DNA of 53,620 nucleotides, from the NCBI GenBank assembly GCA_964518695.1, contig CAZFGN010000002.1:1-53620 (forward strand), in the 5' to 3' direction. A program made the position numbers and the translations under genes. Position 1 is the stretch's first letter. The number at the start of each line of letters is the position of its first letter. Shown one piece after another: positions 1 to 9,581 of this stretch. Under the pieces are notes generated by a model, which worked only from the letters and a program-made list of their open reading frames with translations, did not search any database and was not told where the DNA came from. The stretch is from an uncultured Candidatus Saccharibacteria bacterium. Lineage in GTDB: Bacteria > Patescibacteriota > Minisyncoccia > UBA6257 > Colwellbacteraceae.

Positions 1-330
1 CAGCGGTTCTTGAGCGAACTTCGCCAAATATCTGATCCGCGGCTTACAATACTCAATACCGATGTGCGCTCGGTACTGAAGAATGGATTGAAAAATTCCT
101 CCCCTGTGACCACAGTCGTCTCCGGCATTCCATTCACATTTTTCTCTAAGAATGAGCGAGAAGAAATCATTCAAAAAACGTATGCGCTCCTTGCTCCCGG
201 GGGGAAGTTTTTAGTCTATCAAGTTACTCCCCTTATCTACCCCGTCCTTAAAAAATATTTTGGTGAGGTGAAAATCCGTTTTGAGCCGCTCAACATCCCA
301 CCATATTTCATCATGATCGGGGAGAAATAA
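1..330 (+). CDS. SAM-dependent methyltransferase-like protein, C-terminal part (gene starts upstream of window)
   Basis: Frame 1 is open from the window edge to the TAA at 328-330. The tail (VVSGIPFTFF...LLAPGGKFLVYQV...LNIPPYF) resembles the distal part of small Rossmann-fold N-methyltransferases. Confidence 0.45.
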   Translation, partial: QRFLSELRQISDPRLTILNTDVRSVLKNGLKNSSPVTTVVSGIPFTFFSKNEREEIIQKTYALLAPGGKFLVYQVTPLIYPVLKKYFGEVKIRFEPLNIPPYFIMIGEK

Positions 331-424
331 TTGAATAGTTTCCATTCAAACCACTTGGCGCGTATCTAAAAACAAACTATAATTCCAGATAACAAGCTTA
401 CCATTAGAAAGCTTTTAAAACCCC

Positions 425-862
425 TTGAGAAACGTAAACATTGAACATAAGAAGAGTCTAAACAAGCTTGAACGGATTGCCGTTGCGGTCACTAGTCGTG
501 TTAGCACCATGGGGTTTTTCTTTGTTATTTTAGCATGGACTTTTTTGTGGCTTATTTGGAACGTTACTGCTCCCATAAAGTTTAGGTTTGATCCGTACCC
601 CGCTTTTGTTATCTGGCTTCTCATTTCAAACATGATCCAATTGTTTCTTATGCCTTTAATTATGATTAGTCAAAACCTCCAGGGGAGATATGCCGAAGCA
701 AGAGCCGAGGCAGATTTTGAGTTAAACACAAAAGCAGAACTGGAAATAGAAACAATCATCCAGTGTCTCAATAACCAGGAGAAATTAACCATTCAAATCT
801 TAGACAAAATAAATGGGCCACAAAAAGAAAAGGTGGGAAGCTCTAAAAAACTCCGTTCATAA
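425..862 (+). CDS. DUF1003-type membrane protein
   Basis: Two hydrophobic helices (FFFVILAWTFLWLIW, FVIWLLISNMIQLFLMPLIMI) are followed by QNLQGRYAEARAEADFELNTKAELE, the typical DUF1003 pattern. The TTG start comes from the track and is uncertain. Confidence 0.6.
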   Translation: MRNVNIEHKKSLNKLERIAVAVTSRVSTMGFFFVILAWTFLWLIWNVTAPIKFRFDPYPAFVIWLLISNMIQLFLMPLIMISQNLQGRYAEARAEADFELNTKAELEIETIIQCLNNQEKLTIQILDKINGPQKEKVGSSKKLRS

Positions 863-937
863 AACGTCCAAAAAACCAGCCCCACCCTGCCAAATCTAAA
901 TGTTGCCTTTTTATCTCGTCTAGGCTATTATGGTCCC

Positions 938-1441
938 ATCCAAGAATTAAGATTAAACAACCAAATAACGGCGCCTATTCTTAGAGTCATTGATGAGAAA
1001 GAGGGCAACCTGGGCGTTATGCCATTAAAAGACGCGCTCACTGCCGCGAGCGAGAGAGGGCTAGATTTAATTCTAATTGTCCCTAACGCTTCTCCGCCAG
1101 TTGCTAAAATCATAAGCTTTGACAAGTTCCGTTATGAGAGGGAAAAAGAGTTTAAGAAACATCGAAAGGCTCAGAAGGCCCTTGAGATGAAGCAAATTCA
1201 GATAAGTGTTCGGGAAGCAAAGAATGATCTTTTAACAAAAATCAGGAAATTGGAAAAGTTTTTAGAAGCTGGACACAAGCTAGAAATAGTAGTTACATTG
1301 CGTGGCAGAGAAAAAGGCATGAAAGATTTTGCCAAAGTAAAACTGGAAGATTTCTTGAATATGATTACTGCCCCTTACGGCATTACCCAGGAGATAAAAG
1401 CCGCCGGGAGAGGACTAAGCGTTCAGATAATTAAAAAGTAA
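938..1441 (+). CDS. infC: translation initiation factor IF-3
   Basis: The frame is open upstream of the track ATG (1019) and encodes RLNNQITAPILRVIDEKEGNLGVMPLKDAL, the conserved IF-3 N-terminal domain. IF-3 commonly uses a non-canonical AUU/AUC/AUA start, so ATC at 938 is my best guess. The TAA overlaps the rpmI ATG by 1 nt. Confidence 0.85.
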   Translation: MQELRLNNQITAPILRVIDEKEGNLGVMPLKDALTAASERGLDLILIVPNASPPVAKIISFDKFRYEREKEFKKHRKAQKALEMKQIQISVREAKNDLLTKIRKLEKFLEAGHKLEIVVTLRGREKGMKDFAKVKLEDFLNMITAPYGITQEIKAAGRGLSVQIIKK

Positions 1442-1620
1442 TGATCAGAAAAAGTGTTGTAAAAAGAATACGAGTAACCAAAACCGGTAAATTGATGCGC
1501 AGACGTATGGCCCAAGATCACTTCCGCGCCGGAAAATCAGGTAAACAAATCCAGAATAAGCGGGGTGCTTTGCAGGTGAGCAAACCCGATGAAAAAAGAA
1601 TAATGCAATATTTAAGATAG
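1441..1620 (+). CDS. rpmI: 50S ribosomal protein L35 (59 aa, below ORF-track cutoff)
   Basis: My own translation is MIRKSVVKRIRVTKTGKLMRRRMAQDHFRAGKSGKQIQNKRGALQVSKPDEKRIMQYLR*. It occupies the canonical position between infC and rplT. Confidence 0.9.
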   Translation: MIRKSVVKRIRVTKTGKLMRRRMAQDHFRAGKSGKQIQNKRGALQVSKPDEKRIMQYLR

Positions 1621-1968
1621 ATGCCTAGAGTAAAACGCGGCAAGGTAGCCCACAAAAAAAGAGAAAAAGTATTACGCTACACCAAGGGTTTCAAGTGGGG
1701 TAGAAAGTCAAAGGAGAGAGCCGCCAAAGAAGCCCTACTCCACGCTTGGAGTCACGCTTTCAGGGGTAGAAAAGAAAAGAAGCGCAACTTCCGAAGCGTC
1801 TGGCAAACCAAAATAAACGCGGCCTCCCGTGAGAATGGTTTAATTTACAGTAAATTTATCGGACTCCTTAAAAGGAATGCTATCAAGTTAGATAGAAAAA
1901 CTTTGGCCGGCATTGCCGAACAAAATCCAGAAGTATTTAAGAAGATTGTAGAACAGGCTAAAGCTTAG
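1621..1968 (+). CDS. rplT: 50S ribosomal protein L20
   Basis: MPRVKRGKVAHKKREKVLRYTKGFKWGR... is the typical L20 N-terminus. The gene starts directly after the rpmI stop. Confidence 0.95.
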   Translation: MPRVKRGKVAHKKREKVLRYTKGFKWGRKSKERAAKEALLHAWSHAFRGRKEKKRNFRSVWQTKINAASRENGLIYSKFIGLLKRNAIKLDRKTLAGIAEQNPEVFKKIVEQAKA

Positions 1969-2428
1969 GCTTGTCCTGACCATCTTTCTTCCACTTTCTC
2001 ATCAGGAACCCATGGGCCCTAACAAGCGGGGCGACGTTCCCTTTAAACCTTCCCAAAAATTTCCTCGCTTCAGCATACGAAAGCCAGGCATAACCCTGGT
2101 GTTCGGTTGAGAGCCAAACTTCTCTCTTTTTGGTTTCGGCCAGATATAAAATAACCATCTTTAAGATGGGCTCTCCGGCTCTACGGAAACCAAAACGTTC
2201 GTGAACCCTGAAATTTTCTTCTACTCTTAAGTCCTTATCGGTGAGTCCAGTCTCTTCCTTAGTTTCCCTTAAAGCGGCTTGAAATGCCCGCTCTTCGGTC
2301 TCGACCGTGCCCCTGGGAAAATTCCAATAATTCTTACTTTTATAGAGCAGGAGGTACCTATAGCCCTCTGGACTCACGCGGTAAACTATAATCCCCGCGC
2401 CTAGTTCTCTTTTTGGTTCTGGCGTCAT
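1958..2428 (-). CDS. NUDIX hydrolase
   Basis: A Nudix box is present (GTVETEERAFQAALRETKEETGL, fitting GX5EX7REUXEEXGU). Confidence 0.85.
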   Translation of the reverse strand: MTPEPKRELGAGIIVYRVSPEGYRYLLLYKSKNYWNFPRGTVETEERAFQAALRETKEETGLTDKDLRVEENFRVHERFGFRRAGEPILKMVILYLAETKKREVWLSTEHQGYAWLSYAEARKFLGRFKGNVAPLVRAHGFLMRKWKKDGQDKPKL

Positions 2429-2429
2429 A

Positions 2430-4160
2430 TCATTTAATGAAAGTCTTCATTTTATCCAATGGCCAAGCATTTATAATATCGCTCTTCCCGGCCCAGCCGC
2501 GTCTCGCTTGAGCAATACCGTATTCAAGGTACGAGAAATGGGTTACCGAGTGCGCATCGGAGTCTATCGCCAGTTTAACACCTCTTTGGACACACTTTCT
2601 AATATACTCGTCTTTTAAGTCGGACCTGTCCGGATAAGCATCAATTTCCAAGACAGTACCAGTCTCTTTAGCAACCTCTATAATCTCATCCATATCCATT
2701 TCGTAAGCCGACCTCTTATTTATAATGCGCCCTGTCGGATGAAATAAAATATCCACATTCGGATTTCTCATGGCTTTTACAATCCTTTCAGTCTGTTCCT
2801 GTTTCGAGATATTAAAATAGGAGTGGACTGAAGCTCCCACCACATCTAACCTTGTCAAGGTCTCATCCTTCAGATCTAATGTCCCGTCTCTCAAAATATC
2901 ACACTCGGTACCTTTAAGTATTTTTAGCTTGCTTTTCAGCCTGATATTTAATTTATCGATTTCGGCCATCTGTTTTAAAATAGTTTTATCATCCAACCCG
3001 TGAGTCATCGCCAACCTCTTAGTGTGGTCAGTAATCACAATGTATTCCAGGCCCATCTCTAGAGCGGCGCTAGCAAGATCCTCGATCGAATCAGCACCAT
3101 CAGTCCAATTCGATTGCACCTGCAAATCGCCCCTTAAGTCTCCGTAACCGATAAGTTTGGGCAGTTTATTTTCTCTCGAAGCCAATATCTCCCCGGTCAT
3201 CTCCCGCAGTTCCGGCTCTATATAATGCAAGCCTAAAGTTTTATATATTTCTTCTTCTGTTTTGCCGGCCACCCGCCTCTTACCTTTGAAAAGCCCATAT
3301 TCGTTAAGTTTCAAACCCTTTTCTATGGCAAGCTTTCTCAAGGCTACATTATGATCCTTGCTGCCGGTAAAATAATTTAACGCCGCGCCGTATGACTCCT
3401 CCGGCACCACTCTTAAGTCTATATCCAAGCCACTTTTTATCTTTATAGAGGATTTGGTCTCGCCCTTGGCGTGGACGGTTACCACCCCAGGCATGGTCGT
3501 AAAATAATCCATTATCGGTTTAGACGTATCGGAAACCACTAAAATATCGGCATCGCCGATTGTTTCTTTCCTGCGCCTCGCAGAACCCGCGATAATTACT
3601 TTCTTAACCTCCTTCAATTTGCTGAGCTTATCCTCGATTTCGTGAACCTGTGGCATTATTAAACCCAATACAAACCTGCCGCCTAACCTCCTTAAGAAAC
3701 CAATACCCTTAAATATCTTCTCTTCAGATTTCTCTCCAAAACCTTCCAAATTTCTTATCTTTCCGAGCTTAGCGACTCTCTCTAAGTCATCCAAGTTCTT
3801 AACCTTCAGCTTCTCATAGAGTCTTTTGATGTTCCTCGGTCCCAAACCTTCTACCCGCATAAGTGTTGATAAGTCTACCGGCGTTTTCTTTTTTAACGCC
3901 TCGTGATATTTTATTTTCCCCGTTGTCAAAAACTCTTCAATGCTTTCGGCAATTGAAACCCCTACTCCCGGTATCTCCTGCAAAGCTTTTATGCCACCCT
4001 TCTCATAAATTTCCGAAACGCTCTCCTCCAGCCCATCTATCGTCTGAGCAACCCTCTCGTAAGCTCGCGGCTTAAAGGCTACTTCTTGCATACCTAGGTA
4101 CTCGCCTATCTCCGCTAATATTTTAGCGACTTCACGATTTTTCATTTCTAATATTGACAT
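2430..4160 (-). CDS. family X DNA polymerase with C-terminal PHP domain (PolX)
   Basis: HhH motifs (IPGVGVSIAESI, VEGLGPRNIKRL) and the Pol-beta-type catalytic segment GSARRRKETIGDADILV are present. The PHP region contains ITDHTKR...SVHSYF...HPTGR...DSDAH. Confidence 0.85.
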   Translation of the reverse strand: MSILEMKNREVAKILAEIGEYLGMQEVAFKPRAYERVAQTIDGLEESVSEIYEKGGIKALQEIPGVGVSIAESIEEFLTTGKIKYHEALKKKTPVDLSTLMRVEGLGPRNIKRLYEKLKVKNLDDLERVAKLGKIRNLEGFGEKSEEKIFKGIGFLRRLGGRFVLGLIMPQVHEIEDKLSKLKEVKKVIIAGSARRRKETIGDADILVVSDTSKPIMDYFTTMPGVVTVHAKGETKSSIKIKSGLDIDLRVVPEESYGAALNYFTGSKDHNVALRKLAIEKGLKLNEYGLFKGKRRVAGKTEEEIYKTLGLHYIEPELREMTGEILASRENKLPKLIGYGDLRGDLQVQSNWTDGADSIEDLASAALEMGLEYIVITDHTKRLAMTHGLDDKTILKQMAEIDKLNIRLKSKLKILKGTECDILRDGTLDLKDETLTRLDVVGASVHSYFNISKQEQTERIVKAMRNPNVDILFHPTGRIINKRSAYEMDMDEIIEVAKETGTVLEIDAYPDRSDLKDEYIRKCVQRGVKLAIDSDAHSVTHFSYLEYGIAQARRGWAGKSDIINAWPLDKMKTFIK

Positions 4161-4164
4161 AGCT

Positions 4165-6672
4165 TTAAGGAGGGTTCACGGCAATTTTCAACTTCCCTTT
4201 TTCTAAAGAAACAACTACTCCGTTGCCACGAAGAATTTCCTCTTTCAAGATCATCTCCGAGAGGGGTGATTTTATTTCTTTCGATATCACCCCGCGCAAA
4301 GGCCTCGCTCCATAAGCCGGAGAAAATCCTAATTGGGCAATGTTTTCTAAAGCTTCATCCGTCACTTTTAACTCAATGCCTTGACTTTGAAGTGTTTTCG
4401 CCAAGTCAGCGAACATCAAACCAGTAATCTTTTTAGTGTCTTCTTGGCTCAAATTTTTAAAAACGATTGTCTGTAACCTATTCAAAAGCTCCGGATGAAA
4501 ATAATGAGTGAGTCTTTTTTTAAGTTCTTCGGTAATCGACTCCATGGTATTGCCTTTGTCTATCTCTTCCTTAATAAATTCGGACTCGGCATTAGAAGTG
4601 GCAATAATTATAGTGTTTTTAAAATCTATCGTACGACCCAAGTTATCGGTTAACCTACCATCATCAAAAACTTGGAGAAATAGATTCAAAACATCGGGGT
4701 GCGCTTTTTCAAACTCGTCGAGCAATATCAAACTATAAGGTTTTTCAAGTATCGCGTTGGTCAAGGCACCATTTACCTCGCCGTCAGGCGAACCTATGAA
4801 CCTATAATAGCTCGCCTTATCTTGATACTCTGACATATCAAATCTTACCATCGCATCTTCCGATCCGAACTGGATCCTCGATAAGATCTTTGCAAGTTCG
4901 GTTTTCCCGACGCCTGTTGGACCGACAAATAGGAAACTGCCAATAGGACCGTTCCCGGAAGTTAAGCCGCTTCTATACTCACGCAAAATCATTGAGACGG
5001 CTGAAACCGCGGCGTCTTGATCTATTAAACGCTCGTGGATTAATTGCTCCAAATTGAGAAGCCTCTCCCTTTCTTTGCCGCTAGCTTCATGAAGCGGGAT
5101 ATTTACCCTCCTTTCGGCAACCGAGATAATATTTTCCGCCGACAATATCTTATCTCCACTATGAGCCGCCCCGGCCAACGCTTCTTTTAAAAGATCGTCT
5201 GCTGAAGAAGGCAGTAATTTCTGGCGAAAATATTTATGAGCAATTTCTACGGCTTTTTTAATAGCGCCGTAGGTAATTTTAACTTTGTACTGATCTTCTA
5301 GAATTAAGCTGTCGTAAGCAAGAACTCGTTCGGCATCCGCCAAACTAATTTCCTCGATATGAATAAATTGAAAAGCGTCCGTAAAGGAGCCTTGATTTTC
5401 GATAAACTGCTTAAACTCTTTAGGATAGGTTGAACCGACAGTAGGAAAATCATTAGAAAGAATGAGTGGGATAACCGTATTTACAATATTTAATTCATAA
5501 CGACCGGCAGTACGGGAAAGGTTATGGACATCGGGTATGTAGAGAACAATGTTCCCGGCACGATTCACCTCGTAAAATATGCTTTGAATTCTCGCTTGTT
5601 GCTCACCGGCATCCGCCCCGGCCAGTAGTGAGTTCAGATCTAGAGCCACCAATCTTCTATCAAAAAGCGCGGGTGGCACCCTGTCATGAATTATTTCATA
5701 AGCCAAATGCCCAACAACGGCCTCTTTGCCAGATCCGGCCTCACCGATAAGTAAAGCATTGGGCTTATTTGGACGAGAGAGGATATCCAAAAGTCGGCTG
5801 TATTCTTTTTCGTGACCAATGAGAAACCCAGCCATACCAGCTCTCGCTATATCGGTTAAGTCTACACTGAACCTGTCTAAGGTTGGGGTTGGCTTTGAAG
5901 TCCAAGCTCGATTCATAATCCTATGCCTCAACCTATAAGACTGACTCGTAAATCCCCCTAAACTTGTCGGTATCCGTCCCAGCATGAAACGTCCTCGAAA
6001 TCTACCGAAAATTAAAGCTTTCTCAATGTCGCGGGCGTCCAATTGGAAAAGATTAAAAACTTTCCTTGCGGCCCCTTCCTTTAAATCGGCTACAGCCGCG
6101 AATAAGTCGGCCACACCAATGTCTCTACTTCCACTTTGCAAACCCAAAGTGAGAGCCACTAGGGTCAGTTCATTAATCTTAGAGATAACTTCCTCGCGAC
6201 TCGGCTTGTTCGCGGTAAAACTCTTTTTCAGATGTTCGTTCAGTTTACTGCCTAATTCATCGCTATCTACATCTAACCTTGTGATTGCTTCAATTATTTC
6301 TTTGTGTCTTAACAAATCCTTGGCCAAGTGCAAAGAAAATTCTCCTCCGAAAAGGAGGCACCTATTCTCCGCCCCAGCGAGTGCGTTAACAACCTCCCTA
6401 TTGAGGCAGTGGGCTACATTTATCTTGCCAGATTGCGGCAATTTACCGAATGGCAACTTAGCGGCGTTAAAATGAACAATTCGGTCAATTAAATAAAAGG
6501 CTATGAGCAACCCTGGCCAAAATAACTTTGGCGTAACAGAAATTAGAAAAGCCATAGTCGTTGCTACGAGGATTACATCCCAGATAGCGTAAATTATACC
6601 GATTGTTTTGCGAGAGAGAACCGACATCGCAAACAACGGTTCTTCAAAATAAAATTCCCTTAAAGATTCCAT
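4165..6672 (-). CDS. membrane-anchored Clp/Hsp100-family AAA+ ATPase (two AAA modules, first degenerate)
   Basis: D2 is canonical (GPTGVGKTELAK, LILLDEFEKAHPDV, ATSN). D1 is recognisable but altered (LIGEAGSGKEAVV, VLYIPDVH). The N-terminus has two hydrophobic helices. The start is uncertain: ATG at 6744, 6672 or 6627. Confidence 0.8.
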   Translation of the reverse strand: MESLREFYFEEPLFAMSVLSRKTIGIIYAIWDVILVATTMAFLISVTPKLFWPGLLIAFYLIDRIVHFNAAKLPFGKLPQSGKINVAHCLNREVVNALAGAENRCLLFGGEFSLHLAKDLLRHKEIIEAITRLDVDSDELGSKLNEHLKKSFTANKPSREEVISKINELTLVALTLGLQSGSRDIGVADLFAAVADLKEGAARKVFNLFQLDARDIEKALIFGRFRGRFMLGRIPTSLGGFTSQSYRLRHRIMNRAWTSKPTPTLDRFSVDLTDIARAGMAGFLIGHEKEYSRLLDILSRPNKPNALLIGEAGSGKEAVVGHLAYEIIHDRVPPALFDRRLVALDLNSLLAGADAGEQQARIQSIFYEVNRAGNIVLYIPDVHNLSRTAGRYELNIVNTVIPLILSNDFPTVGSTYPKEFKQFIENQGSFTDAFQFIHIEEISLADAERVLAYDSLILEDQYKVKITYGAIKKAVEIAHKYFRQKLLPSSADDLLKEALAGAAHSGDKILSAENIISVAERRVNIPLHEASGKERERLLNLEQLIHERLIDQDAAVSAVSMILREYRSGLTSGNGPIGSFLFVGPTGVGKTELAKILSRIQFGSEDAMVRFDMSEYQDKASYYRFIGSPDGEVNGALTNAILEKPYSLILLDEFEKAHPDVLNLFLQVFDDGRLTDNLGRTIDFKNTIIIATSNAESEFIKEEIDKGNTMESITEELKKRLTHYFHPELLNRLQTIVFKNLSQEDTKKITGLMFADLAKTLQSQGIELKVTDEALENIAQLGFSPAYGARPLRGVISKEIKSPLSEMILKEEILRGNGVVVSLEKGKLKIAVNPP

Positions 6673-7040
6673 AATGGTAATTGGGTGGTGAATCCGTAAG
6701 CAACTATGGTCTTGTAAACTATGTATGGTAAGAACAATATCCATAAGAAATAAATCGTTACAAAAAAAGAAGTGACCAAAATATAGATTGTAAGTGCCAA
6801 AATCAATCGCAAACTCCTAAATATAAATCCCAGCAGGTAGCCCAGGATGGTTCTATCCTGATAAAGCGGTTCGAAAATATGCCTAAAGGTAACTTGGAGA
6901 GCGAAAGTTCTATCCAAGCGCTCTAGAAATAACACCAAAGAATGGCTTATTATCGTAAAGCCGCCGACATACCAATGTTTCAAGAACTCCTTGATACGAT
7001 AGGCAAACCTTGTTGTAATATATATAGGTATATATGCCAC
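6660..7040 (-). CDS. small polytopic membrane protein, hypothetical
   Basis: The C-terminal half is hydrophobic (LILALTIYILVTSFFVTIYFLWILFLPYIVY). The reading frame overlaps the open frame of the downstream Clp gene. Confidence 0.45.
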   Translation of the reverse strand: MAYIPIYITTRFAYRIKEFLKHWYVGGFTIISHSLVLFLERLDRTFALQVTFRHIFEPLYQDRTILGYLLGFIFRSLRLILALTIYILVTSFFVTIYFLWILFLPYIVYKTIVAYGFTTQLPLWNL

Positions 7041-7687
7041 TGACTAATTATAGCCCAAAAGTCGAGGCGCTCAATAATCTAAAGAGTGAGCTTGAAGAAA
7101 ATAAGTCGTTGCCCCTTCTCGAATCTAATTTAGTTTTCGGAGAAGGTGATCCCGATACTCAAGTATTATTTATCGGGGAAGCACCGGGATTCTACGAAAA
7201 TTTAGAAAGAAGGCCATTTGTAGGTAGGTCTGGGCAACTACTTACGGAACTCATTAATGGTCTGGGTTGGAAACGAGAAGATGTTTACATAACAAACATC
7301 GTGAAACGCCGCCCGCCGGAGAATCGAGATCCCTCCCCTCACGAAATCGCCGCCTACTCGCCTTATTTAATGAGGCAGGTGGAAATCATTAACCCCAAAA
7401 TCATTGCCCCCTTAGGAAGATTTTCCATGAACTTTTTCTTACCAACCGCTAAAATATCCCGCGATCAAGGCAAAATTCTCTGGTGGGAAAATAGGTTAAT
7501 CGTACCCTTATATCATCCAGCTGCCGCGTTACGCTCAATCTCGGTTAAAGAAGAGCTCAAAAAAAGTTTCGCTAAACTGCCGATCATAGAAAAGAAATAC
7601 GAAAAGTTCCTAAAGGATAAACTTATGGCAATAAAGGGCGGTAATTCTAAAATCGCAGAATCTAAAAAACAAGCTGGCCTATTTTAA
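7034..7687 (+). CDS. uracil-DNA glycosylase superfamily protein (family 4-like, cysteine-free)
   Basis: The motif GEAPGFYENLERRPFVGRSGQLL and the distal HPAAALR match the family-4/SPO1-polymerase-associated UDG pattern. Confidence 0.75.
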   Translation: MPLTNYSPKVEALNNLKSELEENKSLPLLESNLVFGEGDPDTQVLFIGEAPGFYENLERRPFVGRSGQLLTELINGLGWKREDVYITNIVKRRPPENRDPSPHEIAAYSPYLMRQVEIINPKIIAPLGRFSMNFFLPTAKISRDQGKILWWENRLIVPLYHPAAALRSISVKEELKKSFAKLPIIEKKYEKFLKDKLMAIKGGNSKIAESKKQAGLF

Positions 7688-7695
7688 CGAAAAAA

Positions 7696-9384
7696 TTAGC
7701 GAGAAAAGAGACCGGAAAAATTACGCATCAAATTTAAATCCCTTTCTTTTAATTCTCTAAGAGAAACAAAACTGTGGTCTTTACCGAGGATATCTACCAG
7801 TTCTCTGCCGCCCAAAAAGTGGGGCAGAATAACATAATCGGCGCCTTCGCTATATAATTCGTTGGCCTCTCTTTCGTTATCAGCGGTTAGAATAATTTTA
7901 GCTTTAGCGTTGAGGCGGCGGACAACTTCTAAAACAGCTAAATTGTCCTTAAGATCGGGCACAGTAGAAATAACCACGTGAGCCTTATCCAAACCAACCG
8001 ATTCTTGGACCGCTTCTTCGGTAATGTCGCCGTAGAAAACGGGGAGTTTCCAACCGCGTAACTGCTTAACGAGCATTGGGTCGAAATCGACTGCTACAAA
8101 ATCTCTCGTGGAGTTGGAAAGGGCCCTCAAGATTGCCTGCCCCATGCGATGAACACCAACCAAGACCAAGTGATTCTTTAAATTAGTCTCTTCACCCAAC
8201 TCTTCTACCACGTTTTTTCTTCTCTCAAATAGTTTGAGACCCGGTTTCACAAACTCATAAATTCTCGCGCTGTAATAAATAAAGTAGGAGGAGATAAAAA
8301 TGGTTATGATGCCGACCAAAGTCACGAGGGATATCTCGGGAGCGCCTAAATGTCCAAGCTTCCCTCCTAGAGCGACGACAATGAAGCTAAACTCGGAGAT
8401 TTGAGCAAATGTGAGACCAGAAAAAAACGCGGTCCTCACGCGGTAACCCATTACACACATTACTATTATGATAATAAGAGGATTACCGATAAGCACGAAA
8501 AGCGAAAGGATGATGGCCGAGCTTATGAGCTCCGGACTAATACCCAATATCATATTAGTTCCCAAGCCAACGAAAAAGAGTATCAGGAAGAAATCTCTCA
8601 AAGGCCTCAACCTTGAAGATATCTGAAAATTTTCGGCTGACCCCGCAAGAGTTAGCCCGGCTAGAAATCCGCCAACCTCCATAGAGAGTCCAATTAAGTT
8701 TGAACCGGCCAAAGCCGCAATGCCCAGTGCCCAAGCGATACTAAAGAGGAACAGAAGTTCTCTCGAGCGCCCTATTAGGTCGATAATCTTCGGCAAGTAC
8801 CTCGAGGCCAAAACCAGGAGAGTCACAAACACGACTCCCTTTAACAAAGTGGTCACAAAACCTACCCCGATTGTATCCGAACCGCTTAATCCAGCTAAGA
8901 CGAGGAGGACTAAAATTGCCACTAAATCTTGGATTAAAAGAGCCCCTAAAACAATGCGTCCATATAAGCTCTTCAAATCTTTTTTTTCTGAAAGTAGTTT
9001 CACGACCACAATCGTGGAAGAAAACGTGAGAGCAATCGAAATATAGAAAGAAACCAAACTGTTGAAACCCAAGCCGTAACAAATTACGTAACCAATAGCG
9101 AAGGTAAAAATGATTTGTCCCAAACCGACCAAAATTGCCGGTCTCCCTACGTGCCGCAACTCTTTCACGTTCATCTCAAGCCCGACAATAAAAAGCAAAA
9201 GCGCCACCCCGATAGATGCCAGACTGTTAATAATCTCAATGTTCTCCTGGGCGAGAATCCCTAGTGAACTAATAATTAAACCGGCAACAATGAAACCGAT
9301 GATGGATGGTTGACGCAAAACATAAAACAAGATACCTATCGCTACCGCAGAAATAATCGCAATGACGATTTCAGTAAAAAGCAT
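7696..9384 (-). CDS. cation:proton antiporter (CPA2/Kef-type) with C-terminal RCK/TrkA-N domain
   Basis: About 12 hydrophobic segments are followed by the Rossmann motif LVLVGVHRMGQAILRAL. Confidence 0.8.
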   Translation of the reverse strand: MLFTEIVIAIISAVAIGILFYVLRQPSIIGFIVAGLIISSLGILAQENIEIINSLASIGVALLLFIVGLEMNVKELRHVGRPAILVGLGQIIFTFAIGYVICYGLGFNSLVSFYISIALTFSSTIVVVKLLSEKKDLKSLYGRIVLGALLIQDLVAILVLLVLAGLSGSDTIGVGFVTTLLKGVVFVTLLVLASRYLPKIIDLIGRSRELLFLFSIAWALGIAALAGSNLIGLSMEVGGFLAGLTLAGSAENFQISSRLRPLRDFFLILFFVGLGTNMILGISPELISSAIILSLFVLIGNPLIIIIVMCVMGYRVRTAFFSGLTFAQISEFSFIVVALGGKLGHLGAPEISLVTLVGIITIFISSYFIYYSARIYEFVKPGLKLFERRKNVVEELGEETNLKNHLVLVGVHRMGQAILRALSNSTRDFVAVDFDPMLVKQLRGWKLPVFYGDITEEAVQESVGLDKAHVVISTVPDLKDNLAVLEVVRRLNAKAKIILTADNEREANELYSEGADYVILPHFLGGRELVDILGKDHSFVSLRELKERDLNLMRNFSGLFSR

Positions 9385-9406
9385 TTATTAGATTATACAG
9401 TAATAG

Positions 9407-9478
9407 TCCCCTCGAGAGGAATCGAACCTCTATCTCAAACTTCGGAGGCTTGCGTCCTGTCCATTGAACGACGAGGGG
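9407..9478 (-). tRNA. tRNA-Arg (anticodon CCG)
   Basis: I folded the cloverleaf by hand. The acceptor is CCCCTCG/CGAGGGG, the D stem GTTC/GGAC, the anticodon stem CAAGC/GTTTG with loop CTCCGAA, and the T arm AGAGG-TTCGATT-CCTCT. No CCA is encoded. Confidence 0.8.
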
Positions 9479-9581
9479 ATTATTGACGTGGAAGCGAGCA
9501 CATGGCACCCCCTTCGGAGAGAAACGCCACACCATAGTCCTCCAAAGGCGGATCCACCTCTATTGGAAACCACTAGGGCAG

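Noticed and set aside
5984-6475. A 163-aa plus-strand ORF (and 4508-4738) opposite the Clp ATPase gene.
   Set aside because: These are antisense shadows of a conserved gene and I recognise no motif. Similar shadows exist opposite the antiporter (8401-9313), the Mur ligase (12971-13330), comM (15191-15754), the VirB6-like gene (19426-21214), virB4 (24231-24771), dnaA (27555-28814), gyrA (51161-52390) and others. I rejected all of them for the same reason.
9479-9581. A 100-nt spacer between the permease stop and tRNA-Arg with partial self-complementarity (for example CTCC-GAAG-GGGG on the minus strand), considered as a small RNA or SRP RNA.
   Set aside because: Only short imperfect helices could be drawn by hand and no known RNA signature was found. 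It is most simply a terminator and promoter spacer.
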